NCBI GenBank assembly: GCA_965216875.1
Contig: OZ244207.1
Span: forward strand, 5,664,001 to 5,728,000
Direction of reading: 5' to 3'
Source of the DNA: Rubripirellula sp.
GTDB taxonomy: Bacteria > Planctomycetota > Planctomycetia > Pirellulales > Pirellulaceae
DNA: 64,000 bases
The stretch's first letter is position 1. Each line of letters starts with the position of its first letter. Position numbers and translations under genes: made by a program. This document shows, in pieces, positions 9,269 to 19,137 of this stretch. Under the pieces are notes generated by a model. The model did not search any database, was not told where the DNA came from, and saw only the letters and a program-made list of their open reading frames with translations.

Positions 9269-10807
9269 ATGCTCCGAAAGATAATCATCGCGATCCTGGC
9301 GATCGTTTCGATTGCCAGTGTCGATGCAAACACTCGCGCGCAAGCCTTGACGCCCAACGCGCACTCATCCGTGGTTCGCGTCTTATCCATTCGCCGTTCG
9401 CATAACTTAGCGACGCCATGGGAACGCAACGCCCCTGTTGGCGTCGCGGGGGCAGGCGCGCTGATATCGCCGACTCAAGTCTTAACAAACTATCGGTTCG
9501 TTGCCGCCTCGACAAAAATTGCGATCCAGCTTGGTGACGATGCTTCTCAACTGACCGGACAGGTAACGGGCAGCGCACCGGGACTCGACCTAGCCATCGT
9601 CACTTTGGACAAGCCGATCAACTCGATCAAGCCAATTGAAATTGCGGAGGACCTACCCACCGCAGCGCTCCCTGTCGAAATCCACGGCTATTCGGGAAAC
9701 AGTAAGCAAGCGGTCGTTAGCCGAGGAACGATCGCGAGGTTGGAGTATGTGGCCTACAAGTACCGCGCAGCAGGTCTGCGACTTCAAATCCAAGCATCAA
9801 CGACGGCAAACAACACGAGTGGGCCCGTGATCGCAGACGGTAAGCTTGTCGCCCTCGGCTTGAACGACTTGACGACTCAAAGCAAAGTCGCTCTTGCGAT
9901 TCCCGCAGTGGAGATCAAGACGCTGCTAGCCGATCTCGAGGACGGAGAATATCACGGCAAGCCACGGATGTGGAACCATTTTCAAACCCTCGAATCCCCT
10001 GCAATGCGAATGTGGCTGAAAATGCCAGAGGATGCGACCGGCATCAAGTATGGTTCCAGTCAAATCCCAAGTGCGAACTCGCCGTTGAAGCCAAACGATG
10101 TTCTCACACACGTTGGCCGGTACCCGATCAACAATATGGGGATTGCCAAGATTAGCGATACGTTGCAGCTGTCGTACGACTACGTCGTCGAGAAAGAAGC
10201 GGTTGCCCCAAAGGGCCAGGGGACGGTTGATGTCAAAGTCCTTCGTGACGGCAAACCACTCGATTTGAAAGTTCCGGTTACCAGCGATCCTCACTTCTTG
10301 ATTGCCTATGGACTTGATAATCCACCGACCTACTTCGTTCACGGGCCACTTGTCTTTGGCGTCGCGGTCACCGAATACCTCGACTCGCTTGATGCCTTCA
10401 TGCGTCAAGGGGGAAAGACCACTGTCGCGATTCTGCAATTGACTCGCTTGATGGAATCCCGAGAAAACCCGTACATCGTGCGTCGTCGTGAGCGGGTTAG
10501 CGAGCCTGGCCAACAGTTGGTTGTCATCACTCAACTGCTAAAACATGAAACAACCAAAGGGATGGCAATCGCGCTCCCGAGCGTGGTGCGGTCCATCAAT
10601 GGAAATCAAGTCCAGAATATCCGTCACGCTGCGGAGTTGATTGGTTCGATCGAAGACGACCAGCTCGTCATTGAGCTCGATGATGTCGTCAACACGACGC
10701 TCGTGTTTGACCACGACGTATTGAAAGACGCGCAAGCAGACATTCTGAAATCGAACGGGATCAACGCCCCGGTGTCCGAGAATCTCGCTGACCTGTTTTC
10801 GAAATAG
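9269..10807 (+). CDS. Exported DegP2/HtrA-like trypsin-fold plus PDZ protein, probably catalytically inactive
   Basis: Signal peptide MLRKIIIAILAIVSIASVDA. Trypsin-like VLTNYRFV, GLDLAIV, NNTSGPVI. Deg2-like PDZ region PTYFVHGPLVF, VRSINGNQVQNIRH. Confidence 0.8.
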   Translation: MLRKIIIAILAIVSIASVDANTRAQALTPNAHSSVVRVLSIRRSHNLATPWERNAPVGVAGAGALISPTQVLTNYRFVAASTKIAIQLGDDASQLTGQVTGSAPGLDLAIVTLDKPINSIKPIEIAEDLPTAALPVEIHGYSGNSKQAVVSRGTIARLEYVAYKYRAAGLRLQIQASTTANNTSGPVIADGKLVALGLNDLTTQSKVALAIPAVEIKTLLADLEDGEYHGKPRMWNHFQTLESPAMRMWLKMPEDATGIKYGSSQIPSANSPLKPNDVLTHVGRYPINNMGIAKISDTLQLSYDYVVEKEAVAPKGQGTVDVKVLRDGKPLDLKVPVTSDPHFLIAYGLDNPPTYFVHGPLVFGVAVTEYLDSLDAFMRQGGKTTVAILQLTRLMESRENPYIVRRRERVSEPGQQLVVITQLLKHETTKGMAIALPSVVRSINGNQVQNIRHAAELIGSIEDDQLVIELDDVVNTTLVFDHDVLKDAQADILKSNGINAPVSENLADLFSK

Positions 10808-10858
10808 ATCAGCGTTTGAGCTCGAAACGAATCCCTCAACCATCGACTTTGCAGTTCG

Positions 10859-12463
10859 TTGAATATCCCGCTTCTACTACGTGTGCTCGGCATTGTCTGT
10901 CTGCTGATCGGCGGATCGATGAGTTTCAGTTTGCCGTTTGCGTTTCCCGCATTATCGGCGCGCACCTACCTGCCAGCCGCCGATTCGTTTGAAGCCGCCG
11001 GAGCTCGCGGTCTGCTGCTAAGCATGGCGATCAGCATGCTGGTCGGCGCCGCGCTTCTTGCGATGGGTCGGCGACATCGTGGTGGCCCGCTTTATCAAAA
11101 AGAAGCGATGGCGATCGTTGGGCTCAGCTGGGTGCTGGCAACCGTCTTGGGTGCACTTCCCTACTATCTCAGCGACACCTGTTTGCGTCCCGACCAACCG
11201 GTGACGTTCGTGGAAGCGATGTTCGAGTCCCAGTCAGGCTTTAGTACAACCGGGGCCACGATCTTGACGGACCTCGAAGACGACCATTCCGTCCCGCATT
11301 GCATTCTGTTCTGGCGTTCTTGGACCCATTTCCTTGGTGGTCTTGGAATCGTCGTTCTTTTCGTCGCCATTCTCGGACAAGGTTCCGCGGGCAAGGCGAT
11401 GATGCGCGCCGAAATGCCAGGTCCCACAAAAGACGGCAGCATGCCGCGCATGCAACACACTGCACTTGTTTTCGCCGCGATCTACGTCGGTTTGAACGTG
11501 ATCCTGGCGATCATCTACATGCTCGAAGGCATGTCGCCCTTTGACGCGTTATGCCACGCTTTCGGAACGATGGCCACGGGCGGCTTCAGTACCTACAACG
11601 CAAGTTTGGGTCGATTCGACAGCCCCGTGATCGAATACACAACCATCGTGTTCATGATCCTTGCGGGCACCAACTTCACACTTCTCTATTTGACGCTACT
11701 GGGCGGCCCCAAGAGGCTGTTTCGTGATGTCGAGTTCCGCACCTACATGTTCATCTTGGTTGGCGTGACTGTCGGCGTCATCATTCTTGGAATGCGCGCA
11801 GGCGACGATGGTTTCGATAACTTCTGGAGCAGCCTGAGGAACGGTTTTTTTCAAGTCGTGTCGGTAACCACGACGACCGGTTATGGAACAGCCGACTTTG
11901 ACAACTGGAATAATTTTGGCCGCGGGATTCTTTTGCTGCTGATGTTTGTCGGGGGCTGCGCGGGCAGCACCGGCGGCGGCATGAAGGTGATTCGCCACAT
12001 CCTCTTTTACAAGATTCTGCGATCCGAAGTCGAACGGGCCCATCGCCCGCGTGTGGTGCGCATGATTCGTATCGGGGGTGCCACCGTCGATGACCCCAAT
12101 CTTGCCCACGCGATCGTTGTCTATTTTGCGATGATCCTTTCCATTTTCGTCTTCGCTTGGCTCGCGTTGATCACGTTCGAGCCGAATCAGACTTGGAGCG
12201 GCGAAGAGGCCTCGACGATTCAACGCGTTGAATCCCCCGCGCAAGAGCGAGCTGCCGATGATGAATTGCTCGACGCCGCCAGCGCCGTGGCCGCGACCCT
12301 AAACAACATCGGCCCCGGTCTTGGTGTCGTCGGTGCGACCGAAAATTATTCGCGGTTCAGCCAGGGGGCCAAACTCCTATTTGTCTGGCTGATGATGCTT
12401 GGCCGCGTCGAAGTGTTCAGCGTGCTGGTCCTCATTTTCCCAGCATTTTGGCGACGGGTTTGA
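10859..12463 (+). CDS. trkH: TrkH-family K+ uptake membrane protein
   Basis: FESQSGFSTTGAT, TMATGGFS, TTTTGYG, GGCAGSTGGGMK, NNIGPG, MMLGRVE. Confidence 0.95.
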   Translation: MNIPLLLRVLGIVCLLIGGSMSFSLPFAFPALSARTYLPAADSFEAAGARGLLLSMAISMLVGAALLAMGRRHRGGPLYQKEAMAIVGLSWVLATVLGALPYYLSDTCLRPDQPVTFVEAMFESQSGFSTTGATILTDLEDDHSVPHCILFWRSWTHFLGGLGIVVLFVAILGQGSAGKAMMRAEMPGPTKDGSMPRMQHTALVFAAIYVGLNVILAIIYMLEGMSPFDALCHAFGTMATGGFSTYNASLGRFDSPVIEYTTIVFMILAGTNFTLLYLTLLGGPKRLFRDVEFRTYMFILVGVTVGVIILGMRAGDDGFDNFWSSLRNGFFQVVSVTTTTGYGTADFDNWNNFGRGILLLLMFVGGCAGSTGGGMKVIRHILFYKILRSEVERAHRPRVVRMIRIGGATVDDPNLAHAIVVYFAMILSIFVFAWLALITFEPNQTWSGEEASTIQRVESPAQERAADDELLDAASAVAATLNNIGPGLGVVGATENYSRFSQGAKLLFVWLMMLGRVEVFSVLVLIFPAFWRRV

Positions 12464-12597
12464 CGTTTTCTTGAGCCTAGTCATTGGTGAATCGACCGGT
12501 GCCCGTTTGGTGCCGGATCGCTGGAGCTCCCGAGAAGGCCTCCCGTTCGATTGCCGACTGCTAGAATGACTCTGGTCCCTCGCTCCTCGGAAATGTC

Positions 12598-14091
12598 ATG
12601 TTTGGCCGCACGCTCATATGCCTCATCGCCGCTGTGATCGCTTTTGGCAACGCAGCCAATACCCCCGTATTGGCGGACGATGGTCTCGCGCGACGTGCCG
12701 TCATCATCCAGTTCAACGAAGACATCAACCCGCTCAGCGGAGAACTTCTCAAACGCAAGTTCGAAGAAGCCGTCGACTCTGGCTATGACGTCATCATTCT
12801 TGACATTCACAGTCCCGGTGGTTGGACACTCGTGACACTCGAGTTGATGGACATGGTGATGGATGCCAAAGAGGTCGAGACCGTTGCGTTTATTGAAAAG
12901 GAAGCCATCTCGGGTGCGGCGTTGCTTTCGCTTGCCTGTGACCGAATCGTGATGTTGCCCGGCGCACGCATGGGTGATGCTGGCGAAATCGTGATGGGTG
13001 ACGATGGCGCGTTTCGATACACCGACGCGAAGAGCCGTAGTGCGCTGGCTCAGCGCGTTCGCGATACCGCAAACGCAACCGGTCGCCCTCTCGCTCTCGC
13101 CGAAAAGATGGTCGACAAAGACATGGTCGTCTTTGAGGCGACTCACAAATCCGACGGCACGACGCGGTACTTTTCGGACAAAGAATGGGAGTCCTTTGAA
13201 CAGGCCGACCAATGGGAGCGTGGCAAACCGGTTCGAGAAGCGGGCAAGGAAATGTTCTTCATCACCAACGGAGAACGAGCTGTCGAACTCGGCATGGCCG
13301 ACGAGATCATTGATAGTCGCAGCGACCTCGCTGAAACACTGGGCGTTGATTCGCCGATTCCCGTTCGCGAACGCACGATGATCGACACATTGATCTTCGT
13401 GCTCAACAGTTGGCCCATCACGTTCCTGCTGATCATGATTGGGTTAGTCGCCCTCGTCTTTGAACTCAGCGCGCCTGGCTTGAGCGTTGGCGGTCTGATC
13501 TCAACCTTCTGCTTCAGTCTTTTCTTCTGGAGTCGCTTCTTGGGCGGCACGGCCGGCTGGCTCGAAGTCACGTTGTTCGTGGTTGGACTCGCGTTTATTG
13601 CAGCGGAGATTTTTGTGATCCCCGGCTTTGGCGTCGCGGGAGTCGGCGGGATCGCCCTCATGATCACCTCGTTGGTCATGGCGTCGCAGCGTGTTCTCGT
13701 TCCCGAGAACACGGCCGAGCTCACCAACTTGGGCTACGACATTCTCACCGTTGTCGGAGCGTTCGTAGGGTTTCTAATTGCGGTGACGCTTTTGGCCAAC
13801 TACATCGGCGAGATTCCGGGTTTGAGTCGGTTGACGTTGAAGCCGCCGGTCGGGTTCGAAGATGAAACGGCATTAAGTGCCGAGGCACTCGCGGAAATGC
13901 CCGGCTGGCAACGTGTTGAAATCGGTGATGTCGGCGTCGCCGTTTCACCACTTCGGCCGAGCGGAAAAATGCAGGTCGAGCAATACATGGTCGATGTGGT
14001 GACCGAAGGCGACTTTGTCGAAAACGGCTCCCAAGTACAAGTTGTCAACAAGCAAGGCGCGAAAGTCACGGTACGAGCGGTCACGGTTTGA
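12598..14091 (+). CDS. Long-form NfeD-family membrane protein (ClpP-like domain, TM region, OB-fold)
   Basis: DIHSPGG, AISGAALL, EIFVIPGFGVAG, GVAVSPLRPSGK, DVVTEGDFV. Confidence 0.9.
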   Translation: MFGRTLICLIAAVIAFGNAANTPVLADDGLARRAVIIQFNEDINPLSGELLKRKFEEAVDSGYDVIILDIHSPGGWTLVTLELMDMVMDAKEVETVAFIEKEAISGAALLSLACDRIVMLPGARMGDAGEIVMGDDGAFRYTDAKSRSALAQRVRDTANATGRPLALAEKMVDKDMVVFEATHKSDGTTRYFSDKEWESFEQADQWERGKPVREAGKEMFFITNGERAVELGMADEIIDSRSDLAETLGVDSPIPVRERTMIDTLIFVLNSWPITFLLIMIGLVALVFELSAPGLSVGGLISTFCFSLFFWSRFLGGTAGWLEVTLFVVGLAFIAAEIFVIPGFGVAGVGGIALMITSLVMASQRVLVPENTAELTNLGYDILTVVGAFVGFLIAVTLLANYIGEIPGLSRLTLKPPVGFEDETALSAEALAEMPGWQRVEIGDVGVAVSPLRPSGKMQVEQYMVDVVTEGDFVENGSQVQVVNKQGAKVTVRAVTV

Positions 14092-14146
14092 CCTCTGCAA
14101 GCGGCCGAGTCAAACCTTGCCCAAGACTGCGGATCAGTTTGTTTTC

Positions 14147-15064
14147 ATGGACGCCAACGCAACGAGAACAGGCGCTTCGATGTCGAGCACGGCAAGAGTG
14201 ATCGACGGCGAGGATGATCCGCCACCTCGATTGCTCAATCTACTCTGTTCCGATCAACAACTTCAGCCGACGGTAAGCTTCGTGCTTGGCATCCTTGGGG
14301 TGTCCACGTTTGCCATCGCAACCTCTGCCGCCGCCGGCGTCTACATTGCGGCGATCAGCCAACAATCGCTGAGTGTGGCCAATGCGATGGTCGCGATTGT
14401 GCCGCTGACCGGAACCTACGTCACCGTTTTGCTGTCGATGCATTTGATTGGCGGTTGTGGTCTGCCGGTCACCGTGCGTTTGGCGCTCATCTATGGAACG
14501 CTTTATTTGAGCCTTGCTGTGCTGCTGGGCAACTTCGAACAACCGGCACGGTCTCTCTACGTGCTTTACGGTGCTTCGTTTTGCGCCGGAAGTTTCTTGC
14601 TGCGTTCCTATGGCAACTTTAGCGTCCATGGATGGAAACAGAACGATCACATCGACGGTAGAATCACGACGCGTGGTTTGTTGGACATCACTGCTGCGAT
14701 CGCGCTGACACTGTGGATGTTTCCGCCGCTTGAAGAGACCCCCTTAAGCGCTTACTTGTGCTACCTACCGGCCGCAGTCTTAAGCGGGGTGATGGGGCTT
14801 CATGTCTGGGTACGCTTGACGTCGCTTTCAACCGACTCGACCGATCATGCGAGTGGATCCGTGCTGTGGATTGCAGGCAACCTGTCACTGGTTTGTCTCT
14901 TCTGGGTTGCCCTTGCGATCGTGGTCGACGATTCCATGATGCGAGCCTTCGGCTTTTTCTCATCAGCGATCGTCGTCTTCGCTGCGCACTGGTGGACAGA
15001 GATTCCGATTCGATGGCTGAAAGCGTGTGGTTGGTCTTTGACGCGAATCCAACAGCTTCCCTAG
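14147..15064 (+). CDS. Hypothetical polytopic membrane protein
   Basis: Long ORF with about 8 hydrophobic segments; no family recognised; start uncertain. Confidence 0.6.
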   Translation: MDANATRTGASMSSTARVIDGEDDPPPRLLNLLCSDQQLQPTVSFVLGILGVSTFAIATSAAAGVYIAAISQQSLSVANAMVAIVPLTGTYVTVLLSMHLIGGCGLPVTVRLALIYGTLYLSLAVLLGNFEQPARSLYVLYGASFCAGSFLLRSYGNFSVHGWKQNDHIDGRITTRGLLDITAAIALTLWMFPPLEETPLSAYLCYLPAAVLSGVMGLHVWVRLTSLSTDSTDHASGSVLWIAGNLSLVCLFWVALAIVVDDSMMRAFGFFSSAIVVFAAHWWTEIPIRWLKACGWSLTRIQQLP

Positions 15065-15127
15065 ACCAATGACGCGTTCGCGGATCATCGCAAGCAAGCT
15101 GCCACTGCCAGCCCTCAACGACAAGCG

Positions 15128-15583
15128 TTATGTGCGACCTGCTTGCATGTTGAGTTCGTCAACCTGTTCGTTCAGCGTCAGTGTGTCGTAGATGTAACCA
15201 ATCCCGAACAGCCCACCGGTCAATAGATAGATGATGCCGGTGACGATCTTGCCCATGTACAAGCGGTGGATCCCGAAAATCCCCAGAAAGAAATGCAAAC
15301 ACCATGCAACCGTGTGATCAATCGGCCCGCGAGTCGACCGCTGGTTGGCTTGTTCGGCCATCTCGGGAATGAAGAACAAGTCGATGATCCATCCGATCAA
15401 AAACAAACCGCCGGTGAAGAACCACAGAACTCCTGTCCAAGGCTTTCCAAAGTAAAAGCGATGAGCTCCGAAGATGCCTAGCAACCAAAGCAGGTAGCCG
15501 ACGATCGCAGGATGTGTCGGTGCAGCAACGTACGTGGGGGCGTATGCATGTTGATTCATGGCGGAGGCAGCGGAGGCGTGCAT
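15128..15583 (-). CDS. Tandem TM2 (NINE) domain membrane protein
   Basis: Two copies of LGIFGxHRxYxGK...TGGLF.IG. Confidence 0.88.
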   Translation of the reverse strand: MHASAASAMNQHAYAPTYVAAPTHPAIVGYLLWLLGIFGAHRFYFGKPWTGVLWFFTGGLFLIGWIIDLFFIPEMAEQANQRSTRGPIDHTVAWCLHFFLGIFGIHRLYMGKIVTGIIYLLTGGLFGIGYIYDTLTLNEQVDELNMQAGRT

Positions 15584-15739
15584 GGAACCAAAGGTCTCGC
15601 TTTGAGCTGAGTTGTAACCGTTTTCTAGAAGCGTGTTCGCCAAGTCTGACCCATTCTTGGCAAACATCTGCTTGCCAATGGTCGATAAAGCCGATAGTGT
15701 ACAAATCACCACCATCCGCAAGCCTTCCTATCGGCCGGC

Positions 15740-18700
15740 ATGAAGTACGTCGAACTCCACTGCAAAAGCAACTTCTCGTTCCTCGAAGGCGCATCGCATC
15801 CTGATGAGCTGGTCGAGCGAGCTGCGGAGATTGGGTACCAGGGCCTCGCGTTGACCGACCGAGAATCGGTCGCAGGCGTCGTCCGTGGCTACACGCCTGC
15901 GAAAGAGCTGTGCTTGAAATACATCGTTGGCACGGAAATTCATCCCATCGACACGCCACCGATGGTGCTGTGGCCAATCAACCGGTCGGGATATGGACAA
16001 ATGTGCCGGCTGATTTCGCGCGGGCGCATGCGAGGGGAAAAAGGAACCTGCCAGCTTCACTGGAAGGATGTCGTCGAGTTCAGTGAGGGCCTGATCGCGG
16101 GTGCTCTGGTCGACGAGTGTCCCGGTCAGCTTTCACCGGATCAACTTTCATCCGATCTACTTTCACCGGCACGGTGGCTGAGGCAACCGTTTCGAGATCT
16201 GTTTGGCGACCGCGGCTACCTCATGTGCGAACTTCACCGTGGAGTCGACGATGCGTTAAAAGTCGCAAAGCTTCGTGAGCTGTCGCTCAAGACCGACGTA
16301 CCTTTGGTCGCCGCCGGCGGCGTTCACTACCACACCGCCGACCGCATGTTGATGCATGACTGCGTCACGGCGATTCGCAACGGCGCGACCATCAACGACG
16401 TCCACGGCGAGCGGTTCGTCAACAGCCAACGACACTTGCGATCGCTTGCTGAAATTGAAGACATCTATCGCGACGTTCCCGATGCCATCGCACGCACTGT
16501 CGAAATCGCCGACCGTGTCACGTTTCAATTGGATCAATTGCGTTACGAGTATCCCGAAGAGATTGCACCGCCGGGGATGACGTTGATCGAGCATCTGCGT
16601 CGATTGACTTGGGAAGGAGCCAAGCAGCGCTGGCCCGAGGGTGTTCCCGAACGCGTCTTGGAAATGCTTCGCCACGAGATCGCGATCATCGAAGATCTGC
16701 AATACGAAGCTTACTTTTTGACCGTTTGGGACTTGGTTCGTTTCGCGCGTGAACGAAACATCTTGTGCCAAGGTCGCGGATCGGCTGCCAACTCGGTCGT
16801 CTGTTACTGCCTCGGCGTCACCAACGTTGACCCGAGCCAAACCGATTTACTGTTTGAACGTTTCATCAGCCGCGAACGCGACGAAGCTCCTGACATTGAT
16901 GTCGACTTTGAGCATCAACGTCGCGAAGAAGTCCTTCAATACTTGTACGACAAATACGGGCGTGATCGTGCCGGCATGACGGCGACGGTAACAACCTATC
17001 GCAGCAAAAGCGCGATCCGCGAAGTCGGCAAATCGTTAGGGGTTTCGGCTGACGTGATCGACACCATGAGCAAGCTTGCCGGCAACGATGCAAGTTTTGA
17101 AGAGCGCTGCCGCGAAAGTGGACTCGATACCGAATCAACCGTCGGCCAGCGGTTCGTCTATCTGGTGAAAACGCTTGTCGGGTTCCCACGTCACCTGTCG
17201 CAACACGTTGGCGGGATGGTGATGACGGCAGGAAGCTTGTGTGAATTGTGCCCGATCGAGAACGCGGCAATGGAAGACCGCACAGTGATCCAATGGAACA
17301 AAGATGACCTGGACGAACTGGGCATCTTAAAAGTCGATGTGCTGGCGCTCGGGATGCTATCGGCGCTCCACCGCTGTTTCGACTTGGTCGCCAAACATCA
17401 CGACCGATCGCTTTCTTTGTCAACGATCCCGCAAGACGACGCGACGACCTATGACATGATCTGTCGTGCCGACACGATTGGCGTATTCCAAATCGAGAGC
17501 CGTGCGCAAATGAGCATGCTGCCGCGACTACGGCCGCGCTGCTATTACGACTTGGTCGTCGAAGTGGCGATCGTTCGGCCTGGTCCGATCCAAGGCAACA
17601 TGGTGCATCCCTACTTGAAGGCGCGACGAGACCCCGATTCCGTCGTTTACCCCAGTGATGCGATTCGCGGCGTGCTCGAAAAAACACTTGGTGTGCCGAT
17701 CTTTCAAGAACAGGCGATGAAGCTGGCCGTCGTCGCGGCTGGGTTCACTCCCGGCGAAGCCGATCAGTTGCGTCGTGCGATGGCGGCCTGGCGACGCCCT
17801 GGAATCATCGACCGTTTTCGAGTCAAACTTCTCGAAGGCATGAAAGCCAACGGACTTACCGGCGAGTTCGCGGAACATGTTTTTCATCAAATCCGCGGCT
17901 TTGGCGAGTATGGTTTTCCTGAGTCGCACGCTGCAAGTTTTGCACTGTTGGTCTATGCGTCGTGCTATCTCAAGTGTCACTACCCTGCTGCGTTCTGCGC
18001 GGCAGTCTTGAACAGCCAACCGATGGGCTTTTATGCGCCCGCTCAATTGGTCGACGATGCAAAGAAGCATGGTGTTCCTGTCCATCCTGTTGACGTCAAT
18101 CACAGTGATTGGGATTCGACATTGGAACCGCGCAAACGCAAGAACCGCCCGGCTCTGCGACTTGGCTTGCAGACCATTCGCGGCCTTCCCCAAGACGAGG
18201 CGCTGCGAATCGTCCAAGCGCGTGCCAATGGTGGAACGTTTCGCGACATGGGCGATCTCGTTCGCCGAACGCGACTTGGAAAACCTGTCCTGGCAAGATT
18301 GGCCGATGCGGATGCGCTTCAATCGCTCTCGGGCGATCGGCGTACCGCGGTCTGGCAGTCTCTTTCGCTCGAGGACTCACCTGGCAAACAGCCCTTGTTC
18401 GAGGACACCGACGACGATGAACAAGTTCCCGAACAGTTGATTCCGATGTCATCGCTTGAAGAGGTCTATGCCGATTACAACACGACCGGCTTGAGCCTCA
18501 AGTCGCATCCGATCGCGTTTGTTCGACATGAGTTGAACAAGCAGCGCTGTGTGACTGCGGCTCAATTGCCCAACCTGCGTGACGGGCGCCATGTTCGTGT
18601 CGCTGGGCTCGTGCTACTACGTCAACGACCTGGTACAGCCAAAGGGATTACCTTTGTCACGCTCGAAGATGAAACAGGAACGGTCAACCTGGTTCTCTTT

Positions 18701-18868
18701 GCAGCCGTCTGGAAACGCTTCTTTCGCGTGGCGCGGACCAGCAACACTTGGCTGGTCGATGGCAAACTCGAAAACCGCGAGGGAGTGATCCATGTGATCG
18801 TCGGACGAATCACCGACCTGGGCGACGAAATCGATGGCTTAGCCGTCAAGTCTCGCGACTTTCGCTAG
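15740..18868 (+). CDS. dnaE2: Error-prone DNA polymerase III alpha subunit DnaE2 (ImuC)
   Basis: YVELHCKSNFSFLEGAS, GRGSAANS, PDIDVDFE, GFPRHLSQHVGG, YGFPESHAASF, RQRPGTAKG, C-terminal SRDFR. Confidence 0.97.
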   Translation: MKYVELHCKSNFSFLEGASHPDELVERAAEIGYQGLALTDRESVAGVVRGYTPAKELCLKYIVGTEIHPIDTPPMVLWPINRSGYGQMCRLISRGRMRGEKGTCQLHWKDVVEFSEGLIAGALVDECPGQLSPDQLSSDLLSPARWLRQPFRDLFGDRGYLMCELHRGVDDALKVAKLRELSLKTDVPLVAAGGVHYHTADRMLMHDCVTAIRNGATINDVHGERFVNSQRHLRSLAEIEDIYRDVPDAIARTVEIADRVTFQLDQLRYEYPEEIAPPGMTLIEHLRRLTWEGAKQRWPEGVPERVLEMLRHEIAIIEDLQYEAYFLTVWDLVRFARERNILCQGRGSAANSVVCYCLGVTNVDPSQTDLLFERFISRERDEAPDIDVDFEHQRREEVLQYLYDKYGRDRAGMTATVTTYRSKSAIREVGKSLGVSADVIDTMSKLAGNDASFEERCRESGLDTESTVGQRFVYLVKTLVGFPRHLSQHVGGMVMTAGSLCELCPIENAAMEDRTVIQWNKDDLDELGILKVDVLALGMLSALHRCFDLVAKHHDRSLSLSTIPQDDATTYDMICRADTIGVFQIESRAQMSMLPRLRPRCYYDLVVEVAIVRPGPIQGNMVHPYLKARRDPDSVVYPSDAIRGVLEKTLGVPIFQEQAMKLAVVAAGFTPGEADQLRRAMAAWRRPGIIDRFRVKLLEGMKANGLTGEFAEHVFHQIRGFGEYGFPESHAASFALLVYASCYLKCHYPAAFCAAVLNSQPMGFYAPAQLVDDAKKHGVPVHPVDVNHSDWDSTLEPRKRKNRPALRLGLQTIRGLPQDEALRIVQARANGGTFRDMGDLVRRTRLGKPVLARLADADALQSLSGDRRTAVWQSLSLEDSPGKQPLFEDTDDDEQVPEQLIPMSSLEEVYADYNTTGLSLKSHPIAFVRHELNKQRCVTAAQLPNLRDGRHVRVAGLVLLRQRPGTAKGITFVTLEDETGTVNLVLFAAVWKRFFRVARTSNTWLVDGKLENREGVIHVIVGRITDLGDEIDGLAVKSRDFR

Positions 18869-18905
18869 CGACCCCATGCAGCTACTAGAACCCTCCGCTG
18901 CAAAG

Positions 18906-19115
18906 CTAGTGCTGCGGATTGCAATTGCGCTTCCACCAGCAGAAATCCGTGCCCAAGTTCACACAACGGAGCCGCGATCGCGTAAGCGGCCGGGCCTTAC
19001 TCGCCTTTACACTAGATGCGCGTCGGCAAGGGCCTGACGGCCAGCGGCTCACGGGCACCGCCCAAACTGCGCAAGAAGTTGCTCTCGTGGAACCAAGGTT
19101 GCAATCCGCAGCACT
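18906..19115. mobile_element. MITE-like element, copy 1, with 17-bp terminal inverted repeats and an internal REP-like doublet
   Basis: AGTGCTGCGGATTGCAA (18908-18924) is the exact reverse complement of 19099-19115. The left end begins with CTAG. The body aligns with 56943-57148. Confidence 0.7.
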
Positions 19116-19137
19116 CGAAGCCGCGGTGCAACGCGAT

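Noticed and set aside
15584..15739. LexA box before dnaE2 (e.g. around agtgtacaaatcac)
   Set aside because: No complete palindrome matching LexA motifs I know
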